A stretch of 64,000 nucleotides of DNA from Sporopachydermia quercuum (lineage: Eukaryota). Below the pieces are notes generated by a model, which worked only from the letters and a program-made list of their open reading frames with translations, did no database searches and was not told the DNA's origin. The first letter of the stretch is position 1. Every line of letters starts with the position of its first letter. The position numbers and the translations under genes were made by a program. The stretch covers positions 1,178,001 through 1,242,000 of the forward strand of contig BCGN01000005.1 in NCBI GenBank assembly GCA_001599295.1, written 5' to 3'. This document shows positions 12,952 to 28,932 of the stretch, in pieces.

Positions 12952-14532
12952 TTATTCTTGTGCTGGTTTTTCCTGCTCTCCAGACTCGTTTTCTTTTACT
13001 TTCGCTGGATTATTCCAACCTGACGCAGCTACATGATAATCTTTAGTCCAATGAGCAAATGGGTATGTTGGTAATGTCTTAACTGGATCATCTTTTGAAA
13101 TAATGCCCAAGTCATATTGTCGTTGAATTAAAGAATCCAAATAAGGATTAAGGTAATCTCTGAATGATTCAAAGTTCTTATACTTGATGATAGCTTCCGG
13201 TGCTTCATAAACAATCTTCTTCAGTAAAGAAGGAATCATTGGCTCATCTTTCATTTCATCGATGGAATAAAAAATTGGATGATTAGTGAAAATAATTGCT
13301 TGACTCTTTGGTAATCTTCTCAATGTCTGCCTTTCTACTCTAACGTTGAACTTCTTGAAATCAATGGCATCCTTCTCGGAGATTGTTTCGTTTGGTTTCA
13401 AAGAATAGACATTGTTGCACATTAATTCATGGTCCCAAGTGATATACCAAGAAGCTCTTTCAACAGGATCTGAAGCTTTCATTCTTGCGAACCATCTTTC
13501 CATACTAACCTTTAGTTTCTCCTTGTAAAAAGGTACATGCTCATGTATAACATCTAAGTGCCTTCCAAGTTTTGAATCAATACCAAAAGATCCACCAGGG
13601 AATGGTACAGCAGCAGCAACTAGATAATGTCTGCCATCATCTCGTTTCATTACAACATAAAAATCTTCTTTGGCTAATTTACTGACGACAATCAATGGAT
13701 GTTGTTTCAAAGGTCTAGAAATATCAATATCTTCTTTGGTTAAAGCATTGTGTAGAATATCACCATTTCTTTGAAACAATAAAGGGTATCTTTTCACCAT
13801 ATGATCAACAACAATATCCATTAGTTCCTCACTAGGCTCATAACCTTCTGGTAACCATGCAATATTCTTATCACCATATTCATGGTAAATTCTTTCCTTT
13901 TCTTTAATATATCTGAAATACCATTTATCCATATCAAGCCAGTGATTAATATCTAATTTGAAAATAGACATTGTTTGATGATAGGGCCATCTGAATGGTC
14001 TCCATGGTCTGTCGTCGTACTTTTCAACTTCTTCAGGTTTGATCATTAAAGGTGTTGGATCTGGTAGCTTCTCATCATCTCCTGATGAACCATATAAAGG
14101 CTTTGCTTTCTCGTTGGATTTTTGACTTGTGGTTGAAGAATTAGAAGAGACAGATGCAACAGATGCTCTTCTAGAGGGAAAAATATAATCAACCAGTGAT
14201 CCTCTTCTGTTAAAAGCAGGGCCAGGTTGTTCCCCATTGGAAAATCTTCTAGCAAAATTTGGTAAAGAGCCTAGGAAAGAAGAACGACGAGAAGAAGTAN
14301 TTTCTGAGTCTGAGCCTGAAGATGAGGAGGAGGATGAATCAAGTTTTTCTTTACTGATTGATGATTTTCGAGATGGGTCCTGCTTCTCAATTGAAGATAG
14401 TGAAGGGGATGAGCTTCTTCTAGAGCTATTGAACTGTTTTCTTAGCCGTCCTGCATCTTTTACTATTTGTTCACGGCCAATTATCAGCACAGCCAAAAGG
14501 ACCAGACCAATAACAATTGGAATTGGATCCAT
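12952..14532 (-). CDS. DUF3445 / heme-dependent oxidative N-demethylase alpha-subunit-like protein with N-terminal membrane anchor
   Basis: Motifs RPWRPFRWPYHQTM, W..MD..Y, EDF, KLG..L..IHEHVP, VERASW and RVERQTLRRLPKSQAIIFT are typical of fungal DUF3445 proteins. Confidence 0.85.
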   Translation of the reverse strand: MDPIPIVIGLVLLAVLIIGREQIVKDAGRLRKQFNSSRRSSSPSLSSIEKQDPSRKSSISKEKLDSSSSSSSGSDSEXTSSRRSSFLGSLPNFARRFSNGEQPGPAFNRRGSLVDYIFPSRRASVASVSSNSSTTSQKSNEKAKPLYGSSGDDEKLPDPTPLMIKPEEVEKYDDRPWRPFRWPYHQTMSIFKLDINHWLDMDKWYFRYIKEKERIYHEYGDKNIAWLPEGYEPSEELMDIVVDHMVKRYPLLFQRNGDILHNALTKEDIDISRPLKQHPLIVVSKLAKEDFYVVMKRDDGRHYLVAAAVPFPGGSFGIDSKLGRHLDVIHEHVPFYKEKLKVSMERWFARMKASDPVERASWYITWDHELMCNNVYSLKPNETISEKDAIDFKKFNVRVERQTLRRLPKSQAIIFTNHPIFYSIDEMKDEPMIPSLLKKIVYEAPEAIIKYKNFESFRDYLNPYLDSLIQRQYDLGIISKDDPVKTLPTYPFAHWTKDYHVAASGWNNPAKVKENESGEQEKPAQE

Positions 14533-14571
14533 GATTACTGATTATTAGATGTTCTACTGTTTATTGATTAG

Positions 14572-14668
14572 CTAACCGTATTGAACAAGATTGTTAGTTC
14601 GCATTCACCGGGATAGGATTGTAATTGTGAACCACGTAATATGACTTGATAGAATTATAACAACATAC
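14572..14668 (-). other. Candidate 5'-UTR intron of the DUF3445 gene
   Basis: Minus-strand GTATGT donor (14668-14663), AACTAAC branch (14599-14593) and TAG acceptor ending at 14572. An alternative GCTAAT branch with CAG at 14557 is also present. Lies 40 nt upstream of the ATG. Confidence 0.45.
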
Positions 14669-17055
14669 AAAACCAAAATTATTAATTATTGATTATTAAC
14701 AGCAGTAGTTGATAAAGCCGGGAAACTGAGTAATTATATATTAATGGTTCAGATTCTACAAGTCGCTTTATTAAACTATTCACAGTATAAGTTTCAGGAG
14801 TAACTAATACTGACAAAGCAAGTAATGGTTACCAAAGTGAACAGCATGGTAATTTTCTTTCTAAGATATTATCAGCCGATTTCTAGCGTCGTCATACTTA
14901 AATTTTGTTTTATTACTTCAAAAGGCACTATATTAATTCTGATAATCAATCAGCTTCATATTAAACTGNAAGATGAGAGAGCGTCAGGATCTATTCTGCA
15001 GGACGGGCGATAAGTAAACACTATATTGATAAAGTTTAGAGTTTATTTTTAGCTTTGCATATCTATGAGGAATAGGAAATTGAATGTAATATGATGGTAA
15101 AGTATGTTTCGAAAAAGGGAAAAGAATGAGCTATGAAATGTTAGATCTTCAAGATGAATAAATGATAGTTATTGAATGGGTTCCTATTAATGAGTTCTCA
15201 TTTGAATGTAAGTAATGATACTCGATGCTAATAGTATTTCATTAATATTATTTGATAATATTTGATAGCTTGACTGAATGGCTCTATCATGTATATGGTT
15301 CTAAGGACACCCATTAGTAGGAAATGAGAGCATAGTATAATAGATCAGCTTCAATCGATTACTATTGAATTAGATTGAGGGAGAAATGAACTTATACAGT
15401 TGATAACAATCTATTAAAGTTTTGATGCTAAACTTTATTAGTATATTCACGCTGGTTGGCGAGCACTCTTTTCTCCCCACAAGTTAATTAAAATTAAAAT
15501 CAGAACCAGTTCCCCAAGAAAATTGAATAATACATTTCCTTTTTGTAGATGCCTCGATTTACTAACACACTCCTGAAGTATATAATATTGTCGTATTAAA
15601 AGATTAAGAATCAGAGCACTATTCTCCATCGACGCAAAGTTCAAAATTTGTGAACTTCACCTTTTATAATAGCAGATTAGATTGAAAAAGAGTAGGTGTA
15701 TAAGCTTGTCAAAATAGGTAAAAAACGTAAAACTCAGGATGCTCTGGAAAAAGGAAACTAAACAAAACAGATGAAGAGTGTGTGTGGGATATAGACTCTC
15801 TATAATACTTATAACCTATATTATACAAACTAAAACCAAAGAACTGTTGATTCTCCTTCTTTGATTCATCTTCCAATGTAATGCAAGTCACTGTTGGCAT
15901 TTTGGGATACTTAATAAAGTGCACCAAATGATTATTCAATTATATAGCTGTAGCGGAGATAAGTTTGTATCTCTTAAAACACTTCTATAGAAACATATAT
16001 CAACTTTCACCGTTTTCAAAGGGTCTTTTTTACCTAAGTAGGTATCTATAGAACCTCGTCCGAGAAGCCAAGAGATTTCTTGTTTGATGAACTGAACGTA
16101 GATGAAGTATTACAAATAACTTCAGGTATCCTTACAAGTAAAGGTGAAATAGAATATTACTGTACTCTACACCAATTCCCCTCAAATACGTCCGTTCCTC
16201 TTACTCGAAAAGTAAAATGTCGCTCAAATGCTTCACTGGTTCTCTTCACTTATCAGCAAAATCTTATACGCTGCAATAATCAACTTTTTACCATATTCGG
16301 TAATTGAATCCAGTATACATCAATCTTAATAAGGTTGTGCATATGCATCTTTCTCAACTTTAACTTTGTTGGAATATTTATTCTAACTGTAACATAGCTG
16401 ATTATGAAACCGATTATGGGACAAATATTTACATTAGTTGAGAAAGAATATTTTAAAATCAGCAACAGGAAGTTGATGCGATAAAATAGAATTGTTCTAG
16501 ATGGGGAGAAAATCATCTTAAGCTTTACCCTTAACTCCAACCTCCAACTTCTTTGACGTGAAGAACTACCAACTTCAGCAACCTCATTGTTCCCCTAAAT
16601 AACATTATTAGAAGGCTATATTTGGTGCGACTACTAACGAAATAGAGAGAAAACAGGAGGAATTGAAGAATGTAGAATGAAATGTTTCGGGAGAGAGACT
16701 TGAAGTTAGAAGCTATAGAACTACGACTAACTGGCACTTCTTGTATGGGACAGACAAAGTAGATTGTGGATCACAATATGTGTACAGTAATGTGGAAGAC
16801 AATTAGCACTAATAACTGTGTCTTCAACACTATTAACACCACAGGAACGACTACGAGTTTTCTAAATGTTGAACAGCATTGGTAAACATAAATTCAACTC
16901 AGCTTTCAACTCTAAACCATACTAACAATTTCTTTTGATAGTATCAATCAACAGCCTGTCAGCTATCAAATCTATTAAATACTTAAAACAATATCCCAAT
17001 TATCTCTACCAATTAATTGACTCTTCCTTTATTTATACTTATCAGTGAACACTAC

Positions 17056-17789
17056 CTAAACTGCTTCGTCAGCAAAAGCAGTTTCAATTGGCTTATCCAT
17101 GAGAGTAGCATGAGTCAATATGATACCAGCAGATGCACCAATAAGCCAGAAAACGGTAGATATTGGTGAAGCAATAAGTCCTAAAGGAATAGCAACTACC
17201 AATAAACCAGTGTATAATTGTGAAGAAGTCAATCTGGTGAACCCTAGTTCTAGATCGTTACCTTGTAACATACTAATACCGTACATACCGCCAACAACAA
17301 ATATAAGAACAAACAACAATAACAAATTGGTCAATAAGGAGTATATTGATAGCATAACAACAATCAAAGCATAGTTGGTCGAAAAGTAGCTCAAGTTATA
17401 GCTGATTCTTCCTTGAGCTTCACCAAAATTTTGAGGCTTTGAGATGCGCTTGAAATCAAAAAACTCTTGGGGAGGTCTGATGTTGGCAAATCTGGTTTGT
17501 AGATTAGCTGCTTCAGTCTGCATTATAGTTAGTCACAATCCAATCCCAGTCAATGTTGGAAACGAAATCCATTTCGTTTGATTTACCTTGCAGTCAGACA
17601 AAAATCGCGTTATCTTTCATTAATACATACCCTGATTCGTTCAACATTGAACCGCTCACCAAGGTTGGAAAGCTGAAAATCCTCATGTTAGTGTATACTG
17701 TAATAATAAAGCAAATCGCAAATTTCAGTAGCCATTTTCTACTTGCCACTTACCTGTGAAGATGAAAAATTAGAAAGAAGTTGATTCAT
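17056..17789 (-). CDS. YIP3: PRA1-family COPII vesicle protein Yip3; exons 17754-17789, 17631-17672, 17056-17517 (179 aa)
   Basis: RPPQEFFDFKRISKPQNFGE..RISYNLSYFSTNY motif. Introns GTAAGT..CACTAAC..CAG and GTATGT..GACTAAC..CAG join in frame: MNQLLSNFSSSQ|LSNLGERFNVERIR|TEAANL. Confidence 0.92.
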
Positions 17790-18482
17790 TTTGTAATCGA
17801 GACTTGATAATGTAGTATGATTATTGTTTTAGTTGAGCTTTCATGAGAAATGCTTTTAGCTTTTTGTGAACTGCGTGCTCAGAGTTTAATCTAGCAATAA
17901 CAGAAATTATGTTTATAAAGCATCAACTGTCTATATAATTAACGTGAGAATTCTAATTCGAAGACGAAGGAATGAACTGTTTCCTTACTTCTGGTTTATT
18001 GTTTTGCACTTGATTGCAGATATGTGGCATTTGGAACGCGAGTTGTCAAAGTAGATCAGAGGGTCTAATTGTTTTCTGTTACTACAATTATGTTACTGTA
18101 TCATAACTAAACATAACTAAAAGTCTTCAGTATCAGACTCCATAGAAGTGTCTGTTGGACCTTTTTGTGCTTCCACACCTAAACAACTACGTCCGAAAAC
18201 TGTGCATAAAGATCACGTGAAGTAAGAGGACAAAAGCAAGATCTAATGGACAGAAAGTATAATGGACATCGGATGTGAAGAATTTTGACAGAATTGATAC
18301 TGAATGTTCATCATCGCAATTGCCTAAGAAACTACTAATTAATTATAGTCTTCATGAATCAATTGACCCTCTAGAGCTTAGAAACTGCTTCCAAACGTTG
18401 GTGATAAGATCTGTGTTATCAATCCACAGAGAATTTCGCATTGCGTGATCAAAAGCAACTGCCACTACATATTCATAAATAA

Positions 18483-19163
<681 letters not shown>

Positions 19164-19328
19164 ATCAAACTATGCTAGAGAATAAAATCTGACTTGTAAA
19201 TTATAAATCAGTGAGAAGGAAAGAAATCAGAAGAGTTTCAACTTACGGACTTTACTTGTGGATTGAATATTTTGATGTGTGATCAAATGTTGAGCATGGC
19301 CCAAACTTTAGAAACTTTGGAAACTTAT

Positions 19329-19337
19329 ATGAGTCAT
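19329..19337. promoter_or_regulatory. Gcn4/AP-1 type site ATGAGTCAT upstream of ARG5,6
   Basis: Perfect ATGA(G/C)TCAT about 470 nt upstream of an arginine biosynthetic gene. Confidence 0.55.
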
Positions 19338-19771
19338 TATGTCTCCAAATTCATTATTATTGGCTATCAAGTTACATAAGACAGCTTTGTCTGTTTGTTT
19401 CTACTTTCTTGTGGGTTACAATTTACTCCGTAATCGTTTGGCATTTTCACATTTCACATTTATACCTTCCGCCCTTGTTTACCAACATAAAATCTCCGCT
19501 ATCCTATTAATTCGATTATGTAATCCATAATCACAGTTTACCCCACATACTTATAATGGGACGGACATTTGTTTGTACAATCTTGATGAAATTCCTTTGT
19601 AACGTAACCTAAAATTATCACACAAATCTTCAAATCATTTATTTCCATTGTAGTTTTTAATGGCCACCTTTCTTTCAGCGAAAACACGTTATAAAGATAA
19701 ACAGTTAGTGGATCGGTTATTGCTTGTACGAGTTAGATCAAATTTATAAGTCAGAACCTACTTTGTTGTGA

Positions 19772-22423
<2,652 letters not shown>

Positions 22424-22448
22424 ATGTTACGTCTACTACGAAAATCTA

Positions 22449-25400
22449 TCATGCTTCATATTCCATTAAATGTCGCATAGTGGGTCTTCCATGAGGACAG
22501 TTCTAATTGATGTTAGCAAATTTTGGTTCAATCTTCATCAAAACGTAAGTTTCAAATACCCTTGAATACAAATTACTTCCAACTGTCACATTACAATTGC
22601 TTCCTCAATTCTTACTTACCCATGGCTTATCTAATTGAGATAAATGTTTAACTATTTCTTGCATCCTTTTCATTGTCAAGCTTTTCCCTATCATGACACT
22701 ACTTCTACAAGCTCTCATAGCAAACATTGCCTTTACTTTTGAGCATTTGATAGTTTTCTTACCATGAGCTCCTTCAGGAGCTTCCATTAACAAGTATATC
22801 AATTCTTGTAGATCATTTTCATCAAACACGACATCTTTTGACATTGGCAATGAAATAAGTTTACACCGTTTTCCAGTTAGTTCATCTTCATCAACGGTTA
22901 TTTTGAATCCGTTGCTCGAGAATACATCCAAGTTATTCATCACCAAGAGCTCTTCAACTGCTGTTAGCTCTAAAACATGAGGACTAGTTCCGTTAGTAAC
23001 TCCTATCAGCAGTTTATGAATATGTTCCTGAGAAATGCTTCTATACTTACATAATCAACGGTTGAATCTGTATACTTGTTGATTGCTGCAATCGTTCATA
23101 ATTGTATATTTCATCAGAAGCATGTTGATCAATTATGAACAAATCAACTTTCTTTTTACTATCATTAAGGCTCGGCCTTTCTTTAGTTACTATGATAAAT
23201 CCAAGATTAAATTGGCCGATCACTTTCATTTGAGTGAAGTCTTCCTTATCTATGTGTAAGGTGAGTTTCTCTTCAGGTGATATCGATTCTTCCTCCACAT
23301 CTTGGATATTACTGATAGTTATATCATTGAGATTAGATTCCGGTGATAGTCCTTTAGTTGCACTACTAGTAATACTGTCATTCTTCTTGTTGGATGGCCT
23401 AACAGAATTTTCTGTTAGCTTTCTAAAAGATTTGATGATGCTATCTTCGTTCACTGTTAACTTTTGTCTCTTATTGACTGTTTGTTTCAATGGTCCTATA
23501 TGTTTTCGTCTAATTGACTCGAGTATTGAGGTACCTGGACTTTTTCTTGATGATCTTTGAGATTGGTTAGTGTTACCATCAGCACCACTATTTTCAGCTA
23601 ATTCATTACTGATAGCTTCTTGGGAAAGTGAAGCCTCAGCAGCATCAATTACTGACTTATATGCCGAAACATCAGGATTGTTAATAACTTCTATCCCATC
23701 TATTGTCACTGTAAGTTGATTATCTTTGGAACCACGAACATTACTATCGCTGTTGATTATGTCTGATTTGTTTATCATGGTACTGGAACTTGAAAGAACT
23801 GCTTCTTCTTCTTCGTCGTCTTCGGGGTTGAGAAACAACTTGGGTGAACTTCCCAAATTAGGAGAAGGGCTCCTTTGGACTAGTTGGCTTATTGGTTGAG
23901 AAGAGTTTCCTTCTGCAGGAGAAATAGCAGGTGACGATGAAGAGGAACGCTGGCTGTAATTATCATCTGTAATGTTATCCAGGTCTTCACAATTTTCAGC
24001 TAATGAAACATTTTCCTCTCTATGATTGAATCTTATGTTCTCAGGGTCTGCCTGTGATTGTTCCTCCTCCTCTTCTTGTTCGGAGTACTTTGAGTACTTT
24101 TCCTGAATATCGTGTTCGTTTTCTTCACCAAATCTTTTGATTATTGTCACCTTCATGTATGGATTCGTCACCTCTGTACTGTTGTGTTCTTCTTCTTCTT
24201 CTCCTTCTTTTCCATCTTTTTCTTTTTCATCATCAGATTCTTGTATTTCACGGTCGCTTTTGTCCTCTTCTGCAATGGAAAATTTCTTTCTACTAGAAAA
24301 CTCTGAAATAGGTCTAACAAGCTCAGGAGATCTACCTATTTTTGATAAAAAGCTTTCAGATATCTGTGATTGAGACTTCGGAATAACATGTGAAGAGCTC
24401 TCGAATAGTGTAATCAATTCATCCTGTACTGTTAATATATGCCTTCTTGTTTATGAAAAGAAGTCAACTCTTGAGATTGTTACCGAGAACAAATCATATA
24501 CTTATGAATCGCTCATGTGGAATAGCTAATGTAGGGTAGTGCAACATACCTTTAATCTTTCTAAAATTAATGACTCATGCTGTAATAAAATAGTCCTTTT
24601 ATCAGGAGTAACATTCACATCAATGAGCTCTGTGTAAAGATAGTTAGTATTAGTATTATTACAATTATGTACTAGGAACCAAATGATTACCTCAATATCA
24701 TACATACCTGGATCTACTGTCAAATCCAAAACAAAAAAAGGAAACTGAAGAGCATTCAGCGACCTATATGCTTCATTGATGACTTTCGTGCATGCCGGAA
24801 ATGACACTGGTCTAGAATTGATATATATATATTGTCTATCAGAAGAATTACGTCCTTGACCAAAACTGGGTTTCGATATCCAACCAGAAACACGAATATC
24901 AATTTTCTTTCTATCGGATGATCTTTGGGCTGCTTCAACTGATACATTCAAATCTAACTGCTGTAGAGAATAAAGAGTCACTGTGCCAAATATTGATATA
25001 ATGTTATTCTTAATTGAACTGTTCGGTCCACCTTTCGTTGTTAGCAAAATCGACTTCTTGTCATTCTTACCAGAATTTGATACAACAAATTTAACAAAAG
25101 GGTTTATAATAATATATGACTGTAGTATACTCAGACATTTAGTGAATTCCCGTTTGACATTCTTCTCGAAGTCTTTCCTTCGCACTGGTAAATTGTAGAA
25201 TAGATTGTTGATACTGACTAGTGTCCCTTGCTTACCTGGAGAAACAATTGAGTTTAGCAGTTTTCCTTCATGACTGAATTCAAGCTTATAAGCAATATTA
25301 CCATCATTTCTTGTGCTAGTTACAATACTCAGATCAGAAATAGCACATAATGAGCTCAAAGCTTCACCTCTAAACCCCAGAGTAGTGACAGATTCTAGAT

Positions 25401-25653
25401 CAGTGAACTGAGATAACTTGGAAGTGGCATGTTTTAATGCTATTAGTTCATGGTTCTCTTTTGAAACACCATCGCCATTATCCTGAACTTCAATACCATT
25501 TAGACCATGATTCTTGAATCTGATTTCAATCACTGAACTGTTAGCATCCAAACTGTTTTCTACTAGCTCTTTCACTGATGTTGTTAGGTCAATGATGACT
25601 TGACCTGAAGTGAGTCTATGAATGGATGAGCTGTCAATAGGTTTGATTGACAT
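22449..25653 (-). CDS. PMS1: MutL-family mismatch repair endonuclease Pms1; exons 24708-25653, 24550-24629, 23051-24423, 22620-22983, 22449-22502
   Basis: GHKL ATPase motifs (KELVENSLDA, DNGDG, GFRGEAL), DVNVTPDKR, endonuclease motif DQHASDE, ACRSSVMIG and PW|NCPHGRPTMRHL. Four introns with GTATGT/GTAAGT donors and YTAAC branch sites join the exons in frame. Confidence 0.95.
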
Positions 25654-25776
25654 TTTTACACGCAAGAATATCTATGCAGCTCTGGCGCCAAAACAGAAAC
25701 TGACTGGTCCTAAAGTATAGAAGCTGGTACTCTGTTGCTTATAAGAATAAATGAATGCATGATCACGGCTCTCATA

Positions 25777-25796
25777 ACGCGATATGAACCACGAAA
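25777..25796. promoter_or_regulatory. MCB-like (ACGCGA) and SCB (CACGAAA) G1/S elements in the PMS1/REV7 divergent promoter
   Basis: ACGCGA at 25777-25782 and CACGAAA at 25790-25796, about 130 nt upstream of the PMS1 ATG. Confidence 0.45.
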
Positions 25797-26310
25797 AGAG
25801 CACGGGTAATATCGGAAACTATGCTAACCCATCAGATCAATATTTCGGAAGTAAATAATGTAGCATATACTTGGCTNGTATTATATGAACCCGTTTACTG
25901 AAACACTTTCCAGAACTTACTAATAAAAGATTTCCAGATTATTGTGGTAACAAATTATTTGTTCCTAATGTTAAATTTTAAGAATTCTTTCATGAATGGG
26001 CGATTATTATGACTGTCACTAATCTGTATCTGGTTGTAATGAGATTTCCCGTCTCAATCACATGCAATTCAAATATCGGAAACTATGGATTGTAATCTTC
26101 TAATCATCTCCTATATTTCTCGCCTATGAATTATCATCTCTCATTCATTGTAGTTTAATAATTAGTTTTGTGCTTCTGTAAGTACAATTATTCAGATGGT
26201 AACCTATTTGTTGACTTACAAATCATTTGGGATCGAAATGAAAGAGGTCTGTTTGATGTCTGTTGATTTCTCATCAAATTACGCTCCCATACATTATATG
26301 CTCGTTCTTC

Positions 26311-26949
26311 ATGTTTGAGCTTCTAGCAAATTATCTAACAGTAGCAATATCGCAAATACTGTATCATTTAGAATTATATCCTGACTACTCATTTTCAGCA
26401 AAGAGATACTTGAATATTACTGTACAGCAATCACGAATTCCCGAAGTAACACAATGGATCAGAGGTCTAGTGCTATCTTTACAACAACTCGGACTGAATG
26501 GAAATCTAAAAGGTCTTTCAATCGTCTTAATTGATAATGTAACAGAACAGGTCCTTGAACGTTGGGGTTTCAGTATAATTGGATATAGAAGAGAATGGGA
26601 AGATGTTGATATGCAAGAAAATGAATTTAGAGAAGCATTGGTTACATTAAAAGGGTGGCTTGAGGATTACGGGTCGGAGTACGGCAAATTGTATAATAAC
26701 AAGAATGTTACATTTAGTGTTATCATAGAAACTGATGACAATAATCATCTGATGGAGGAGAAAGTTCTACTTGACGAGGACAAATGGGTGGAAGTTAAGA
26801 ATAAAGGTGAGAGTGATCAGTTCAAAGTACGCAAAGTGAAGTCCTTCGAAATTGGTTATGACGAATTGCTTGACGAATGTCTATTTGAACTGGGTATCAC
26901 TGTTCTTGAGAGTAGTTTTAAACCAGAGTTTCTAGAGAGTGGTGCATAG
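26311..26949 (+). CDS. REV7: HORMA-domain protein, Rev7/MAD2L2-like (DNA polymerase zeta accessory subunit)
   Basis: YLTVAISQILY..ELYP..SF...RYLNITVQQSRIPEV..WI, LERWGF and TFSVIIE match the Rev7 HORMA pattern. The start codon is uncertain. Confidence 0.8.
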   Translation: MFELLANYLTVAISQILYHLELYPDYSFSAKRYLNITVQQSRIPEVTQWIRGLVLSLQQLGLNGNLKGLSIVLIDNVTEQVLERWGFSIIGYRREWEDVDMQENEFREALVTLKGWLEDYGSEYGKLYNNKNVTFSVIIETDDNNHLMEEKVLLDEDKWVEVKNKGESDQFKVRKVKSFEIGYDELLDECLFELGITVLESSFKPEFLESGA

Positions 26950-27150
26950 TAATAACTTACCGAAATGATAGTTTATGTATATAAGAATAAGGGTTTATTT
27001 GCATATTATAATGGAGCTTGGTTACGTATTAAAATGTGAAATGAACGTACTTATTGCGCTAGATACCTACAGAGTTGTTTTACAAAAAGTACTAATTAAA
27101 ACTTGACGATGTATTAAATAAAACTAAAAAAGTTCATAGGAAGTTGAGCA

Positions 27151-28932
27151 TTAGTTCAAAGGAGCTTCATCACTTGGCTTTTCAGGTTGACAGAACAAGA
27201 ACTCGAGTTCAGTTTCTCTGCTATCTTTCTTCAAATTCTCATGTAAATCCTCCGCATTTAAGCTCAATTGATCATCAGTCCAAATGGGTGTAATTTCGGG
27301 TTTGTTCTCACCAACACCACACAAACCACCGACCTTCTTCCAGTCTTCAACTCTGTTAAGTTTCAGCTCGGTGAAAACTTCATCTAAAGCCTGGACAAGG
27401 TAATCAGAATGTTGTTGAGTGTGTCCAGGAGTAGGAGTGACACGGAGACGTTCATGTCCAATAGGAACGGTAGGATAGTTGATAGCTTGAACATAGATAC
27501 CGTAATTATCAAGTAACATGTCAGAAGCAATCTTGGCTTTCTCAGCATCCCCAACGAGGACAGGAACAATATGTGATGGGTTAGGAACAACTGGAATATC
27601 TAAATCGGCTAGCTTAGATTTAACATATCTAGTGTTGAGTTGTTGAGCAACACGGTCCTCCATAGTATTACGTTGATATTCAATGGCAGTCTTAGCACCA
27701 GCCATAACGGAAGGTGGTAAAGAAGTAGTGAAAATGAATCCCGGAGCAAAAGATCTGAACCAGTCAATAAGGCTCTTTGATCCAGCAATATAGCCCCCAA
27801 CACAACCATAAGCCTTACCTAATGTACCAGTGATCATATCAACTCTGTCCATAATTGATTGGTGAGCAGTAGGGGATCTTCCGGTTTTCAAATGAGATTC
27901 AAAATCTAAATGTTCAGCAACCCCAGCGCCATGTGGACCGTACATACCAACAGCGTGGACTTCATCCAAGAAAGTCAATGCACCATACTTATCTGCAAGG
28001 TCGCAAATCTTTTCAATGGGAGCAATTGAGCCGCACATGGAGTAGACGGATTCAAAAGCAATGACCTTTGGTGTAGATTTAGGATATTGAGCNAACTTAG
28101 CTTCTAAGTCTTGCATATCATTGTGCTTGAAGATGACCTTCTTAGCTCTTGAATGACGAATCCCTTGAATCATAGAAGCATGGTTCAACTCATCGGAGAA
28201 GTAAACACATCCAGGCAATTTTGATCCTAACAAGGTCAAGGTAGCATCGTTAGCAACATAACAAGAGGAAAATACCAAAGCAGCATCTTTCTTGTGTAAT
28301 TCAGCCAAAGTCTTTTCCAAAAGAATGGCATGTTTATTATGACCAGCAATGTTTCTGGTTCCTCCTGCACCTGCGCCGTATTTCTCTAAAGACTCGTGCA
28401 TGCTCTTCAAAACTTGAGGGTTCTTGCCCATTCCAAGATAATCATTTGAACACCAAACGGTTACTTTGTCTTCTTCTTTGGCACGATGAGCTCTAGGGAA
28501 TTCCTTAGCTAATCTGTTGATGTTGTTGAAATATCTGTATGACTTGTCTTGCTTCTTCTTCAATAAGTCAGACTTATACAATTCTTCGTAGGCAAATTCG
28601 CCAGAAACATTCTTTGAGATTTGTTGCTCCTTAACTAACTCATTCTTCAAAGGAACACCGGCCCCGGAAGCTTTAGCATATGGGCAAGTTCCCTTTGAAG
28701 TATCGATGACACCAGCTTGGGCGTGAATTTGTTCTAAAGACGGAACTTGGGCCATAGCAGGTTTTGAAGGTTGTGAGTAATGAGCTCTTTGTTCAATTGC
28801 TCTACCCATAATCGGGCAATTCAAAGCCTCATTGGTCAGTCTTGAGTTAACAGATAATGATCTCAAAGTTGAGGGTGAAGTAGACTTCAAAAAGGGACAT
28901 AAAGCCCTAGATTGTCTAATGATTGATTCCAT
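27151..28932 (-). CDS. HEM1: 5-aminolevulinate synthase, mitochondrial
   Basis: [36 protein letters not shown] and the PLP-lysine motif GTLGKAYG; N-terminal CP heme-regulatory motifs (LCPF, NCPI, TCPY). Confidence 0.98.
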   Translation of the reverse strand: MESIIRQSRALCPFLKSTSPSTLRSLSVNSRLTNEALNCPIMGRAIEQRAHYSQPSKPAMAQVPSLEQIHAQAGVIDTSKGTCPYAKASGAGVPLKNELVKEQQISKNVSGEFAYEELYKSDLLKKKQDKSYRYFNNINRLAKEFPRAHRAKEEDKVTVWCSNDYLGMGKNPQVLKSMHESLEKYGAGAGGTRNIAGHNKHAILLEKTLAELHKKDAALVFSSCYVANDATLTLLGSKLPGCVYFSDELNHASMIQGIRHSRAKKVIFKHNDMQDLEAKXAQYPKSTPKVIAFESVYSMCGSIAPIEKICDLADKYGALTFLDEVHAVGMYGPHGAGVAEHLDFESHLKTGRSPTAHQSIMDRVDMITGTLGKAYGCVGGYIAGSKSLIDWFRSFAPGFIFTTSLPPSVMAGAKTAIEYQRNTMEDRVAQQLNTRYVKSKLADLDIPVVPNPSHIVPVLVGDAEKAKIASDMLLDNYGIYVQAINYPTVPIGHERLRVTPTPGHTQQHSDYLVQALDEVFTELKLNRVEDWKKVGGLCGVGENKPEITPIWTDDQLSLNAEDLHENLKKDSRETELEFLFCQPEKPSDEAPLN

